DNA of 64,000 bases from Candidatus Hydrogenedentota bacterium (GCA_034669905.1 JAXMOL010000013.1:1-64000), one strand, 5' to 3'; numbered from the stretch's first letter, positions 28,568 to 38,634 are shown. A program made the numbers and translations. Notes: a model not told the origin generated them from the sequence alone.

Positions 28568-29788
28568 ATGCGGTGTAGTAGACGGTGGATTGCCCTGTGC
28601 ATTCTGTTTGCATTGGTGTACCTGGTGTACGCGAGTTCCATAAAAAACATGGGCCGCTATATTTGGGATTATGACACCCAGTGCTGGTACACCGCAGGGG
28701 TCTGTTGGTGGAATGGTGCCTCGCCCCATGATCCCGCCGTCTTTACGGAGACGTGGACCACTATCTACGGTAAGCCGCCCAACAATAAAGCCACCTTTGT
28801 CTACCCGCCGACCATGGCGCTCATCAGTCTTCCCCTGGCGCTCCTGCCCTGGCCGGTGGCCGCGTGGGCCTATCGGTTCACGAGTTTCATGGCCTTTCTG
28901 GGCATCTGCTACTTTTCCCGACAGCTTCTCGCTTCTCCCCTCCAGCGCCTGTCGGCGTGGGGGCCCACGGGAATATACATCGCGTTGGCGGCCCTGCTGG
29001 GTTCGGTGGCCCAGGCGTTGAATCAGGGACAATGCGCGCTTATCGTGGTATGTGGGTGCCTCTGCGCGTGGCACGGCTATCAGCGCCGAATGCTCGGCCT
29101 GTTTCTCATCGGCTTTCTGGTCGCAACCATCAAGCCCCAGATCAGCATGATTCCCCTTCTGTATCTGCTCTTTGTCGGGGGCTACCGGTGGTTCTTCTAT
29201 GGTGCGAGCCTGAGTATTGGATTCGCCGTGTTTATGCTCTTGATTGTGCCCTTGCCCGAATTCGCTTCGGCCTACGAGAGTTCCATGAAAGACCACCTTC
29301 AGCACCAGGAGTTCAACCAGTGGTACTGGTACAGCGGCGTCCCGGCCCTCTTGGGAAAAACGCCGTGGGGAAAGGAGTTTATGGTGTTGGGGGTGGCGCT
29401 GGGGGTGCTCGGTGCGGCCTGGGTGGGGTGGCGTCAACGGCAATACGCCGACACCTTGCGGCACCGTATCCGACACCATCAGTTGATGTGGGTCATTGCC
29501 ATTGCGGCTATGCCCATCCACATTTACGATGTCGTGGGGCACGTATTCCTCACCATCTCGTTGTGGATACTGCCCGACTGGCGACGGCGGGTCGTGGCCT
29601 TCGCCTGTATGTATATCGGGGGCAAGGCCTATCCCCTGGCGGACCGGGTGGAAGGGCTTGGGGAGGGATTCAGAGCGTGGGCCTATTTCGTACAGACCCA
29701 ATGCACCTCGGTCATGTCCCTTGTGCTATTGCTGCTTTTCGGCTACTGGTATTGGCGTGATTACAGGGTGAAACAACGCACGGTCTGA
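28568..29788 (+). CDS. GT87/DUF2029-like polytopic membrane glycosyltransferase (GT-C fold)
   Basis: First TM followed by D..WY.AG, FVYPP, GQ, IKPQ motifs; about 10-11 hydrophobic segments. Confidence 0.75.
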   Translation: MRCSRRWIALCILFALVYLVYASSIKNMGRYIWDYDTQCWYTAGVCWWNGASPHDPAVFTETWTTIYGKPPNNKATFVYPPTMALISLPLALLPWPVAAWAYRFTSFMAFLGICYFSRQLLASPLQRLSAWGPTGIYIALAALLGSVAQALNQGQCALIVVCGCLCAWHGYQRRMLGLFLIGFLVATIKPQISMIPLLYLLFVGGYRWFFYGASLSIGFAVFMLLIVPLPEFASAYESSMKDHLQHQEFNQWYWYSGVPALLGKTPWGKEFMVLGVALGVLGAAWVGWRQRQYADTLRHRIRHHQLMWVIAIAAMPIHIYDVVGHVFLTISLWILPDWRRRVVAFACMYIGGKAYPLADRVEGLGEGFRAWAYFVQTQCTSVMSLVLLLLFGYWYWRDYRVKQRTV

Positions 29789-29801
29789 TGGGTTTCGCCC
29801 A

Positions 29802-30407
29802 CTAACGGGACAGCAGGGCGTGGACGTGGGTCTGCAGGGTAGAGACGACCTCGTCCTCGAACCAGGGATTGTCGTTCAGCCAGAAGTTATTGCGTGGCGA
29901 AGGATGGGGCAAGGCGAAGTACCGGGGCGCATAGTCGTGCCACCGTCGGACCGTCTCAGTCAGGTTATCGGCGGCCCGCTCCCCCAGGTAGTAGCGCTGG
30001 GCATAATTGCCGATCAGCAGCGTAAGTCCAATGCGGGGGAGGCATTCCAGCAGGCGGGCGTGCCACATGGGTGCACATTCCGGACGCGGCGGTTTGTCGC
30101 CTCCCCGGTCTTCCCGGCCCGGATAGCAGAAGCCCATGGGTACAATGGCAAACTTTGTTGTATCATAAAAATCTTCTTTAGATACATTGAGCCATTGGCG
30201 CAGCCGCACCCCGCTGGGGTCGTCCCAGGGGATGCCGGATTCATGAACCCGGGTGCCGGGGGCCTGACCCACCACCAGGATGCGCGCGTTGCTGTGCGCC
30301 CGGACGACGGGTTTGGGTGCGTACGGGAGATGTTCCTCGCAGTGTACGCAGGATGCGATTTCTGCGAGAACCTTCTCCAGACGATCTTGTATTTCTTGGT
30401 TAATCAT
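29802..30407 (-). CDS. Uracil-DNA glycosylase superfamily protein
   Basis: VGQAPG, PWDDPSGVRLRQW, MGFCYPG, PPRPECAP, LPHPSPRN. Confidence 0.9.
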   Translation of the reverse strand: MINQEIQDRLEKVLAEIASCVHCEEHLPYAPKPVVRAHSNARILVVGQAPGTRVHESGIPWDDPSGVRLRQWLNVSKEDFYDTTKFAIVPMGFCYPGREDRGGDKPPRPECAPMWHARLLECLPRIGLTLLIGNYAQRYYLGERAADNLTETVRRWHDYAPRYFALPHPSPRNNFWLNDNPWFEDEVVSTLQTHVHALLSR

Positions 30408-30517
30408 GGAAATATGGTACCTCATTGCGTGAATAAAATACCATGCCTACGGTAGGGGTACTATGGAGGTGGCCGCGTCATGTGGGACCAGGCCGCAACA
30501 AGCGAGGAGAACGTGGG

Positions 30518-30898
30518 ATGGATGAGCTACTTTGGATGGGCGGCATGGGACATGCCATGCGCGGCGGATACGGTGCGGGAAACGCCGGAAAGGCCAGTAC
30601 GCGGGCGACAGAGAACGCGTCCCTGGAGACCCAGGAGAGCATTAAGGAACTCCGGCACCAGGTGGATCGCCTTTCCCTCTTGAATCAGGCGCTATGGGAG
30701 CTGATTCGTGATAAGGCGGGACTTACCGACGCGGATCTGGAGCGTATGGCGCGGACAATCGACATGCGCGATGGCAAGGAAGATGGAAAAATGGGTGGGG
30801 GCGCGGTGACCTGTCCCACCTGTACGCGGGTATCCAATGCCAAGCACTACAAATGCATGTACTGCGGGGAGCTTTTCGAAAAGCCAGCCTTCGGCTAG
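30518..30898 (+). CDS. Hypothetical coiled-coil protein with C-terminal Zn ribbon
   Basis: Coiled-coil, D.RDG.EDG, CPTC...CMYCG; GAGGAG RBS. Confidence 0.7.
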   Translation: MDELLWMGGMGHAMRGGYGAGNAGKASTRATENASLETQESIKELRHQVDRLSLLNQALWELIRDKAGLTDADLERMARTIDMRDGKEDGKMGGGAVTCPTCTRVSNAKHYKCMYCGELFEKPAFG

Positions 30899-31060
30899 GC
30901 GGTGGCGGCGCTTCGGGCATAATTTCTCCCTGGCGCGTGTTTCCTTACTGATGGCATGGAATGTGGGGCACGTGTGGCGATAGACATTACCGCACTCCAG
31001 CACGTAAGATCAGAGCCCCGCTGCAGAGCCATTTTCAGGACACGACAACAGGAGTTACCA

Positions 31061-32374
31061 ATGGTCACCGAAACGCAGGTGCTCGACGCAATGCGTCACA
31101 TAATAGACCCGGATTTTGGGAAAGATATCGTTTCCCTCGGCTTTATCAAGAATATCGAAATCGAAGACGGTACGGTTCGCTTTACCGTGGAATTGACGAC
31201 GCCGGCATGCCCGGTGAAAGAACATTTTCAGAAGGAATGTGAGTCCTCCGTCGCCCAGTTGCCGGGTGTGAAGTCGGTTCAGATTACCATGAGTGCCATG
31301 GCCCCCAAAGAAAAGAGTGGCCCTCAGATTGATACGCTGAAAAATGTCGGGGCCATCATCGCGGTCTCGTCGTGCAAGGGCGGTGTCGGTAAATCGACGG
31401 TGGCGGCCCATCTGGCCCGGGCCATCCAACGGGAAGGCCACCGGGTGGGACTCCTGGATGTAGACATTTACGGGCCCTCCCTGCCAACCCTCTTCAAGGT
31501 GCCCCAGCCCGATGTCTACATGAAGAATAACCTGATCGAACCGATCATGTGCGACGGCCTGAAGACCATGTCCCTGGGCTATGTCATGGGGGACCGCCCG
31601 GCCGTGATGCGTGGGCCCATGGTTTCGAACTACACGTCCCAGATTCTTCAGCAGACCGATTGGGGCGAGTTGGACTACCTCATCATCGACATGCCTCCGG
31701 GAACGGGGGATATTCAGCTGACCCTGGTGCAACAGGCCTCCCTCGATGGGGCTCTCATTGTCACGACTCCCCAGGCCCTTTCGCTGGTGGACGTGGCGCG
31801 CGGTATCCTCATGTTCGAATCGGTCAAGGTGCCGGTGCTCGGGGTCGTGGAGAACATGTCCTACTTCCTGTGTGATAACTGCGAGAAGAAACACTTTATC
31901 TTCGGCAGCAGTGTGGCCACCCTGAAAGAGCGATTCGGACTCGAGACCCTGGCCCAGTTACCGCTCATGCCGGGTGTGTCCGATACTTCCGACAAAGACG
32001 CCGGCGCGGATATCGTGGCCTTCAAAGAGATGGCGGAAAAACTCCACCGCGCGGTGGGCAAGCGGCGGCTTGAAGGGGAGGCCCTTCCCGAGGTCGTGCC
32101 GGAGCAGGGACGGCTTCGCATCACGTTGCCGGACGGAAACGTCTTCCATGTGGCCAATAAGGCCCTTCGGGTGTCGTGCCAGTGCGCCCTGTGCGTCAAT
32201 GAGTTCACCGGCCAGCCCATCCTGAATCCGGACAGTGTCCCAGACGATATCAGTGTGGAATCGGTGGCCCCCCTCGGCAACTACGCCATCGGTATTGTGT
32301 GGAGCGACGGACACAGCTCCGGCATTTTCTCCTGGGAGCACATTAAGCGTATCGCCGGGCCCGCAATGGCCTGA
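31061..32374 (+). CDS. apbC: Mrp/NBP35 Fe-S cluster carrier ATPase with N-terminal DUF59 and C-terminal DUF971-like domains
   Basis: IIDPDFGKDIVSLG/LTTPACP, SCKGGVGKST, RGPM, DMPPGTGDIQL, VVENMS..C..C; C-terminal CQCALC and WSDGHSSGIFSW. Confidence 0.9.
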   Translation: MVTETQVLDAMRHIIDPDFGKDIVSLGFIKNIEIEDGTVRFTVELTTPACPVKEHFQKECESSVAQLPGVKSVQITMSAMAPKEKSGPQIDTLKNVGAIIAVSSCKGGVGKSTVAAHLARAIQREGHRVGLLDVDIYGPSLPTLFKVPQPDVYMKNNLIEPIMCDGLKTMSLGYVMGDRPAVMRGPMVSNYTSQILQQTDWGELDYLIIDMPPGTGDIQLTLVQQASLDGALIVTTPQALSLVDVARGILMFESVKVPVLGVVENMSYFLCDNCEKKHFIFGSSVATLKERFGLETLAQLPLMPGVSDTSDKDAGADIVAFKEMAEKLHRAVGKRRLEGEALPEVVPEQGRLRITLPDGNVFHVANKALRVSCQCALCVNEFTGQPILNPDSVPDDISVESVAPLGNYAIGIVWSDGHSSGIFSWEHIKRIAGPAMA

Positions 32375-32402
32375 CAGTAGATTCATCAATCCTGAATTGC
32401 CC

Positions 32403-32448
32403 CACCGGCACCGCCCGAAACCTACTCGGGTCGTGTCGGTGTTTTTTT
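32403..32448 (+). terminator. Probable Rho-independent terminator
   Basis: CACCGGCAC...GTGTCGGTG stem followed by T7. Confidence 0.7.
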
Positions 32449-32571
32449 GGGGCACGGGGCGAGCGGCAGAGAGATTGGTCGTTGCCTTGGAAAATTCGCA
32501 CCCGGCGGGCCGCGCGCTCCCGATGTATGTGGGGGTGTGCGATGGGAGCGGCGCTCGGGTCTTCGCCGCTG

Positions 32572-33225
32572 CTATGGGCGTGCGGGATGTTCCGCAGGGG
32601 ACGTATGGTCTCGGGGTGCGGGTAAAGCTTCTCGTTGGGATGGCGGGATCATGCGTTGCTCCAGCCAATCGGTAGCGGATTCCTCGTAGGCGCGGATATG
32701 GGCTGCCTGATGCTGGAATCCGGAACAAATCCCCAATTGGGCCTGCTCGGGGCACCCTGCACAGCGATCCCGCTGCCGGACCTGTTGATGGCGCAGGTGC
32801 TGATAGACCGGCCACGCCACCGTGAGGGCAGCCAGATGGCCGGCTCCAAGGGGCCATGCAGGCGAGGCAAGCATGACCGTGCTTATCCCGGCTGAGGTGC
32901 CCAGCCCACCGCGAAGGAGGTCTCGCCACCAACGCGGCGCACTGCGGTAAAGTGGCGGAGTGGAAAAGACGAGTACCAAGGCCAGCAAGAAGCTGACGGC
33001 TATCCCATGCGCGACGGACAGGCCTCCAACGTACAGGGGAGAAAGAAACAGGGCAATCCCCAGTCCACCGTAGAGGGCGGCGCAACTGCGGCAGAGGTGG
33101 AGACGGCCTATACGGAGCACATCCTGGTGGAAGCGGGCACACAGGGGCTTGTGGGCCGCCTGAAAGTGCCATGTGTGCTTCCACCAGAGCCACCGGAGAT
33201 AGATAGGGGTTTGGTTTCGACCCAT
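32572..33225 (-). CDS. Cys/His-motif membrane protein (DUF2085-like)
   Basis: HKPLC, LCRSC, about 4 TM helices, C-terminal CAGC...C. Confidence 0.6.
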   Translation of the reverse strand: MGRNQTPIYLRWLWWKHTWHFQAAHKPLCARFHQDVLRIGRLHLCRSCAALYGGLGIALFLSPLYVGGLSVAHGIAVSFLLALVLVFSTPPLYRSAPRWWRDLLRGGLGTSAGISTVMLASPAWPLGAGHLAALTVAWPVYQHLRHQQVRQRDRCAGCPEQAQLGICSGFQHQAAHIRAYEESATDWLEQRMIPPSQREALPAPRDHTSPAEHPARP

Positions 33226-33226
33226 C

Positions 33227-33673
33227 TCAGTTGCCCGGAAGGCGGTCTTTGATTTCCATGAGGATATTGCCGGCCGCGCCTACGGGCACGTAACCCACGA
33301 TGGGTTTGATGACAACCGCGGTACCATGGACCACCACCTGGCTGGCTCCCTGCTGGGCGCCGCCCATTTCAAACTCCACATTGATAATCGCGTTGGCTCC
33401 TTGCCGCGCGGACATCTTCAGCATGCGATCGACAGCCCGCTGACGGGATTCATCGCCGAGTGCCGTGTAGGAACTGAGCTCACCACCGGAAAGCATTTTG
33501 CAGCCCATGGCGATGTCCTGCCCCATATCCTTCGCCCGGGCGGAGATGCCCCAGACCATGCCCTTGTATTCCATAATCTCGTAGCCGTCGAAACCTTCCG
33601 CGCCGCTCATGATGATGCGGCCATCGGTTATTTCCGGGCGGGTGCCCACGAGTAAATCAGTACGTTCGCTCAT
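33227..33673 (-). CDS. YbjQ/UPF0145 family protein
   Basis: GYEIMEYKGMVWG, GGELSSY, GANAIINVEF, HGTAV. Confidence 0.85.
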   Translation of the reverse strand: MSERTDLLVGTRPEITDGRIIMSGAEGFDGYEIMEYKGMVWGISARAKDMGQDIAMGCKMLSGGELSSYTALGDESRQRAVDRMLKMSARQGANAIINVEFEMGGAQQGASQVVVHGTAVVIKPIVGYVPVGAAGNILMEIKDRLPGN

Positions 33674-33739
33674 AGCAGTACTCCTTTGGTTTGCGGGATA
33701 GTGGCGTATGCGGACGCTCGCCCCATGGACGCGGGTTCG

Positions 33740-33934
33740 TCAGTCGGTGTCCGCCCGGTCGAGGGGGGCCCCACAAGTGTTGCAGTGGCTGGCGTCCAGG
33801 TGTTCCATTTGAATTCGTTCGCCGCACACCGGGCAGGTATAGTTCTTCCGCGACTGCACGGCGAGGGTGTAAAAGAGCACCGCGAAGAATAGGATAGCGA
33901 GCAATATTCCGACGTAAACGAGCACGATGGCCAT
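33740..33934 (-). CDS. Small membrane-anchored Zn-ribbon protein
   Basis: One TM helix followed by CPVCG...CNTCG. Confidence 0.7.
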   Translation of the reverse strand: MAIVLVYVGILLAILFFAVLFYTLAVQSRKNYTCPVCGERIQMEHLDASHCNTCGAPLDRADTD

Positions 33935-34028
33935 GGTCAATCCCTTTCAGCGAACGCCCCACGCGTTCCTGAAGCATATACCCCTGGCGTGCCGCTATTA
34001 TTCGCAGGTCTATGGGATGGGAAACTTT

Positions 34029-35348
34029 TTACTCCGTCGGGCGGGACCGGTGGGGGCTGCGCAGGCGATGAACCACCAGGCCCAACGCGATAAGGGCCAG
34101 TCCTGCAGCCCAGATGGCGGGTTCAACCCAGAAGGCGAGAAAGAGGCAGGAGGCCAGCCCGCCCCAGGCCCAGCATTGGGAGTAGAGGCGCACTTCGGGA
34201 GGCAGACGCAGCGCGGCAAGATTGTTGATGGCATAGTAGACCAACACGGTGAAGGCGCTGAAGGACCACGTGGTCTTGATGTCACCCAGGAGGGTCAACC
34301 CGGCGATGGCCAGCCCGATAACCCAAATGGCGGCGTGGGGCACGGAAGCCCCCTGGCTGATGCGTGCCAGCAAGGCGGGGGCATCGCCGCGGCGGGCCAT
34401 GGCAAAGAGCACGCGGGACAAGCCGAGAATCAGGTTCAATAGCACGCCCAGCATGGCGGTGATAGCGCCGAGGCTGACGACCCGCCAGACGTTGGGCAGG
34501 GCAAACTCGCGGGCGACCAGCTCCAGCGGGGCGGCCTGTTCATTCGTGGCGGCACTCAAGAAGGGAATCCCCGCCGCCGTGACGGAGGCCAGGGCCAGGC
34601 CCACGTAGAGGGCCGCTGAGACCAACAGGGTGATGACGATGGCCCGTGGAATGGTCCTGGTCGGGTCGTGGACTTCCTCTCCCAGGGTGGCGATGCGGCC
34701 GTAGCCCGTGAAGGCCACAAACATGAGGGCCGTTGCCTGCAGAAAGGCGGCCGCCGGGTGGTGGCCTTCACCTTCAAAGGGCAGAAAGAAAGGACGGAGA
34801 TTGTCCGCACCGTTTTGCCATGCCGCGGGGAGCAAGCCCACGATAAAGATCAGCAACGCGGCGATGGTGATGCCGACGACCAGGGTGTTCGCCTTATTGG
34901 AGCGACGCATGCCCCCCACGGTGATGGCGGTCAGTATGGCGATGGTCACGAGGGCCACGATGACACGGGTCATCTGATCGTTGTGTCCAAAGAGGGCCAG
35001 GGCGTAGCCGGCGAATCCCAACGCCGCCGTGGCTGCAGAGGCCGTCTTGGCGCAGAGAAACATCCAGCCCGCGGTGAAGCCGGCCGCGGGCGTCAGCAGC
35101 CGGTAGCCGTATTCATAGGCTCCGCCGCTCACGGGGTGGGCAGCGGCCAACTGGGCGCTGCTGAGGGCATTGCACGTAGCCACCAGGGCAGCCAGGGCCG
35201 TTGCCAATATGACCGAGGGGCCGGTAATTCCGGCGGCGATACCGACACTGATGAAGGCTCCCGTGCCCAGGATAGAGCCGAGGCCCATCAGGGTCGCGCC
35301 GAAGAGGCCAATGTCGCGTTTCAGGGAGGGGGAAGTGGATGGCTGCAT
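34029..35348 (-). CDS. APC-family amino acid permease
   Basis: LKRDIGL, GSILGTG, PVSGGAYEY, FVAFTGY, EEVHDP; about 12 TM helices. Confidence 0.92.
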   Translation of the reverse strand: MQPSTSPSLKRDIGLFGATLMGLGSILGTGAFISVGIAAGITGPSVILATALAALVATCNALSSAQLAAAHPVSGGAYEYGYRLLTPAAGFTAGWMFLCAKTASAATAALGFAGYALALFGHNDQMTRVIVALVTIAILTAITVGGMRRSNKANTLVVGITIAALLIFIVGLLPAAWQNGADNLRPFFLPFEGEGHHPAAAFLQATALMFVAFTGYGRIATLGEEVHDPTRTIPRAIVITLLVSAALYVGLALASVTAAGIPFLSAATNEQAAPLELVAREFALPNVWRVVSLGAITAMLGVLLNLILGLSRVLFAMARRGDAPALLARISQGASVPHAAIWVIGLAIAGLTLLGDIKTTWSFSAFTVLVYYAINNLAALRLPPEVRLYSQCWAWGGLASCLFLAFWVEPAIWAAGLALIALGLVVHRLRSPHRSRPTE

Positions 35349-35445
35349 GGGATAGGGGCCCGATGGGATAGAGGAAGGGTCAATAGGTTAGGGAGAGATT
35401 ATAGCGTTTCTATGCGTAGGAGCGACAGCGGACTGACAGGAAAGT

Positions 35446-36282
35446 TTATGCCCCAAGAAATAGTCGTGCCGTTTCCAGCACCGTCTCGCGGTTGGGCCAG
35501 GCGGGCTCGTGTAACACCGCCACTTTCGGCCCCATGGGACGCCACACCGCCGGGCTGGTGGGTCCGAAAATCGCCACGGTCGGGCATCCCGCGACGGCCG
35601 CCAGATGGGTAATGCCACTGTCGTTTCCGATGAAGAGGCGCGACCGGGCGAGGCGGGGTGCCAATAACGCCAGGGGTGTCTCCGGGAGTTGCGGCGCGGG
35701 GAGGGGCCACTCCGATTCGGCCGGACCGCCGCACCAGCTCACGTGGTGTCCCTCCGATTGAAGTTGGCGAGCCACCCATTCGAAGTTTCCCATGGGCCAG
35801 TTCTTTGCCGCGCCACCGCTTCCGGGGGCGATAACTACATCGAAGCTTTCATCGGCAGGGCCAAAGTCGAAGTGTATCGGCAGGCGGACCGAGACCCCCA
35901 ACGCCTGGGCGTACCAATGGGCCGCATGTTGATCCCAGCCTTCGGGCGGGACGCCGGGGAAGCACTGTACCTCTGGGATGCCCGCGTCGATGAGATTGCT
36001 GGTCAGTGTGCCATCGGAATCCTCCATGCAGACCCATGCGCTGTCAAAACGACGGGCAAATTGGCGGAGGGTCTCGTTCGGCGTGGAAAACGCCGAGTGA
36101 AACCCGATGCGCTCCAGGTCGTGCACCCCATCGGCCAACCCGGCGGCCTCGGCCAACGCGGCTCGCTCTGGAATCCCCGCGATTTCAACGTGCGCGGTCG
36201 GCTGCCACTGGGCGAGGGCGGGCAGGGTGCAGAGAAAATCGCCGACACCGCCACTATGGACCAATAACTTCCGTGGCTTCAC
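35446..36282 (-). CDS. Glycosyltransferase family 9 (heptosyltransferase-like)
   Basis: GGVGDF, APGSGGAAKNWP, GNDSGITHLA, AIFGPT; GTG start overlaps the upstream stop. Confidence 0.85.
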   Translation of the reverse strand: MKPRKLLVHSGGVGDFLCTLPALAQWQPTAHVEIAGIPERAALAEAAGLADGVHDLERIGFHSAFSTPNETLRQFARRFDSAWVCMEDSDGTLTSNLIDAGIPEVQCFPGVPPEGWDQHAAHWYAQALGVSVRLPIHFDFGPADESFDVVIAPGSGGAAKNWPMGNFEWVARQLQSEGHHVSWCGGPAESEWPLPAPQLPETPLALLAPRLARSRLFIGNDSGITHLAAVAGCPTVAIFGPTSPAVWRPMGPKVAVLHEPAWPNRETVLETARLFLGA

Positions 36283-37739
36283 GGGGTGGCTTCCGGGAGG
36301 AGTTGGTAGATGACGACCCGGGCCTGGGGGTATCGGTCAACGACGTGGACACAAGCCAGCCCGGGGACGTGGGCGTTTTCGTCCAATAGGGGGCGCAAGG
36401 ACGGCACCATTTGGGCCGTATAGCGCTCATCAACCACGAAATAGGTGGCTTGTGCGTTTCTGGCGCGGGTTAGTGCCTCTTCTAGCGAATCTTCCCGTGC
36501 GGGGCCGGTAGAGGGCATTCCCGCGTAGTAGCCCACTTGGGGTTTGCGGGTAAAAACCAGGCCGGGAGGCAGGTGTTCCGCCATCCAGCGGCCTGCTTCC
36601 TTGTATTCCCGTGGCTCCCGGGGGCGTCGGCCCAGATGTTCGGAACCTACGGTGATAAGGGTGTGAAGGAGGAAAAAGCCCAACACGCTCAGCACGGGAA
36701 GGGCGACGAGCCAGCGGGGGCGATTGCGTTCGGCCAGTTGGTCCGCCACGATGACCAGGCCCTGGGCCGACCAGAGCGACAGGGCAAGGAGCGTCGCCAT
36801 GAGATAGCGGGGGGCAGGGGACAAGACGAAGAGGCTGATACCCCATTGGGCGGCGGCGAAGAAGAGGACGAAGCACTCCAGCCGGATGTCCCGCTTGCGC
36901 TCACGGGTGACGAAAAATCCAACACCCAGGAAGAGAAACAGCACGGGGCCCAGCATGACGGGGAGGACGTCGCTGAAGCTGGTGACGGTGGTCTGTATGA
37001 AGCGGATATAGTCGAATTCCTGGAGGATGAAGCCGATACGATAGTTGGCGGTGGTCTCACCGGTGAGTTGGCGCACATAGAGGGTGTTGAGCACGAGGCA
37101 CAGGCCCGCCAGGGCAGCCACGGTGCACAGTCGTCGACCGAGCTGGGGAATGGTCTTCCATCCCAGGATGACGGCGGCGGGCAGACTGCATAGCAGAATA
37201 AACAGCCCCTCGGGTCGGGTCAGGCAAAGGGCGAAGAAGGCGAAGGGGCTGAGATAGAGCGTCCACCCACCGTGGCGCAGACCCCGTTGGAGCAGCCACA
37301 GGGCAGAAAACCAAAGGAACACTGCGGTTGCCTCGGTGGAAACCCGGCAGGCGTAATCGGCGAGCCAGGGCCAGCAGGCGAAGAGCACCCCGGCCATTCG
37401 GGCGGCGCGGGCGTCGAAGAGGTCGCGGGCGAGGAGATAGATCGGGACGACGGTGAGCACCGATGCAATCAAGGATACGATGCGACAGGCCCACTCCAGG
37501 TCGGAAACAATGAAGTGTAGGAGGGCACCCAGGAGGGGGTAAAAGAGGGGGATCTTGGGGTCGTACCCGAAAAAGTTGCCCGCCGCCAGGTGCTTGGCCG
37601 TTTCTACGTAGTGGATGGCGTCGGCCGTATCCAGCACGCGGGGCATGGCCAGGAGGAAGAGCAATCGAAAGGCCAGGGCCAATGCGCAGAGCGCCAGGAG
37701 AGGACGTGCTGCGCTATGTGGGGAAGTTGGGTTGTGCAC
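36279..37739 (-). CDS. ArnT/PMT-like (GT83/GT39) membrane glycosyltransferase
   Basis: DAIHY after TM1, PLFYP, STEA, LTRPEG, PRYL; polytopic, with a soluble C-terminal domain. Confidence 0.78.
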   Translation of the reverse strand: MHNPTSPHSAARPLLALCALALAFRLLFLLAMPRVLDTADAIHYVETAKHLAAGNFFGYDPKIPLFYPLLGALLHFIVSDLEWACRIVSLIASVLTVVPIYLLARDLFDARAARMAGVLFACWPWLADYACRVSTEATAVFLWFSALWLLQRGLRHGGWTLYLSPFAFFALCLTRPEGLFILLCSLPAAVILGWKTIPQLGRRLCTVAALAGLCLVLNTLYVRQLTGETTANYRIGFILQEFDYIRFIQTTVTSFSDVLPVMLGPVLFLFLGVGFFVTRERKRDIRLECFVLFFAAAQWGISLFVLSPAPRYLMATLLALSLWSAQGLVIVADQLAERNRPRWLVALPVLSVLGFFLLHTLITVGSEHLGRRPREPREYKEAGRWMAEHLPPGLVFTRKPQVGYYAGMPSTGPAREDSLEEALTRARNAQATYFVVDERYTAQMVPSLRPLLDENAHVPGLACVHVVDRYPQARVVIYQLLPEATP

Positions 37740-37841
37740 GGTGAGATGCTACGTGAGCGCTTACGGGGGATGCAACCTGTAGAGAAAAAGCCCCGGTGCG
37801 CCGTGTGGCGACCGGGGCCGGGTGACAGGGTGTTGCGGGGA

Positions 37842-38444
37842 CTATTGGGTGTTCACCGTGATGTAGACCAGCAGGTCGACGGACACGTCAAACGTGGCGT
37901 CCACGGCGGTGAGGGCGTCGGCGCCTTCAACCCGCAAGACGGCGGTGCCGCACTCGCCATCCTGGATGTCGTTGAGGAGGTCAACCGGTGTGTTTTGCGT
38001 CAACGTGAAACTCGTGCCCAGGCCATCATTGTCGGCCGCGGTACCCAAGAGCAGGGGATCGGCGCTGCTGCCGGTAATGTCGACCGTCAGTTCTGCCGTG
38101 GTGAAGGGGTCAAAGGTACCCGTAGTCACCATGATGTTGGTTGCGGCCAACTCGACACTGGTGAGCGTGGCGATATCGGCGATGAGATCCCCGGCCGCCG
38201 CCCGAATCATGGCATTCAAATCTTCTTCGGTGAAGAGATCGCAAAAGGCTCCCAGATTGACCTGGGTCGCCCCATCGAGTCCCGCATTTGTTGCGATATT
38301 GGCATCAACCAGCAAACTCACCGTCACCGGGATGGGAGGCAATGGAATGCCATTACACGCCGACAACTGGGTGCCGGCCAGTCCAGTCAGTAAGGCGACC
38401 AGAGCGAAGTGTTTTGTGAATCGTACTACGTGTCTAAGTTTCAT
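37842..38444 (-). CDS. Hypothetical acidic lipoprotein, paralog B
   Basis: Lipobox LSA|C; 200 aa; collinear with 38635-39237. Confidence 0.75.
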   Translation of the reverse strand: MKLRHVVRFTKHFALVALLTGLAGTQLSACNGIPLPPIPVTVSLLVDANIATNAGLDGATQVNLGAFCDLFTEEDLNAMIRAAAGDLIADIATLTSVELAATNIMVTTGTFDPFTTAELTVDITGSSADPLLLGTAADNDGLGTSFTLTQNTPVDLLNDIQDGECGTAVLRVEGADALTAVDATFDVSVDLLVYITVNTQ

Positions 38445-38634
38445 CGTACATCCTTTCATTGTGCGCAGCAAAGACTGCGGGGTGACGAAATACCACCTCG
38501 GTCACTATACCGCAGAGCCGCAAATCCATTACATTACGCAAATGGCGCCCGAATTCATCGGCTTGGGTGGCGGTTGGCTGAAGTGTTTGGTGACCGGGAG
38601 ACGTCCGGGCCTGGGGGGCGGCCCAGCCAGAAGG

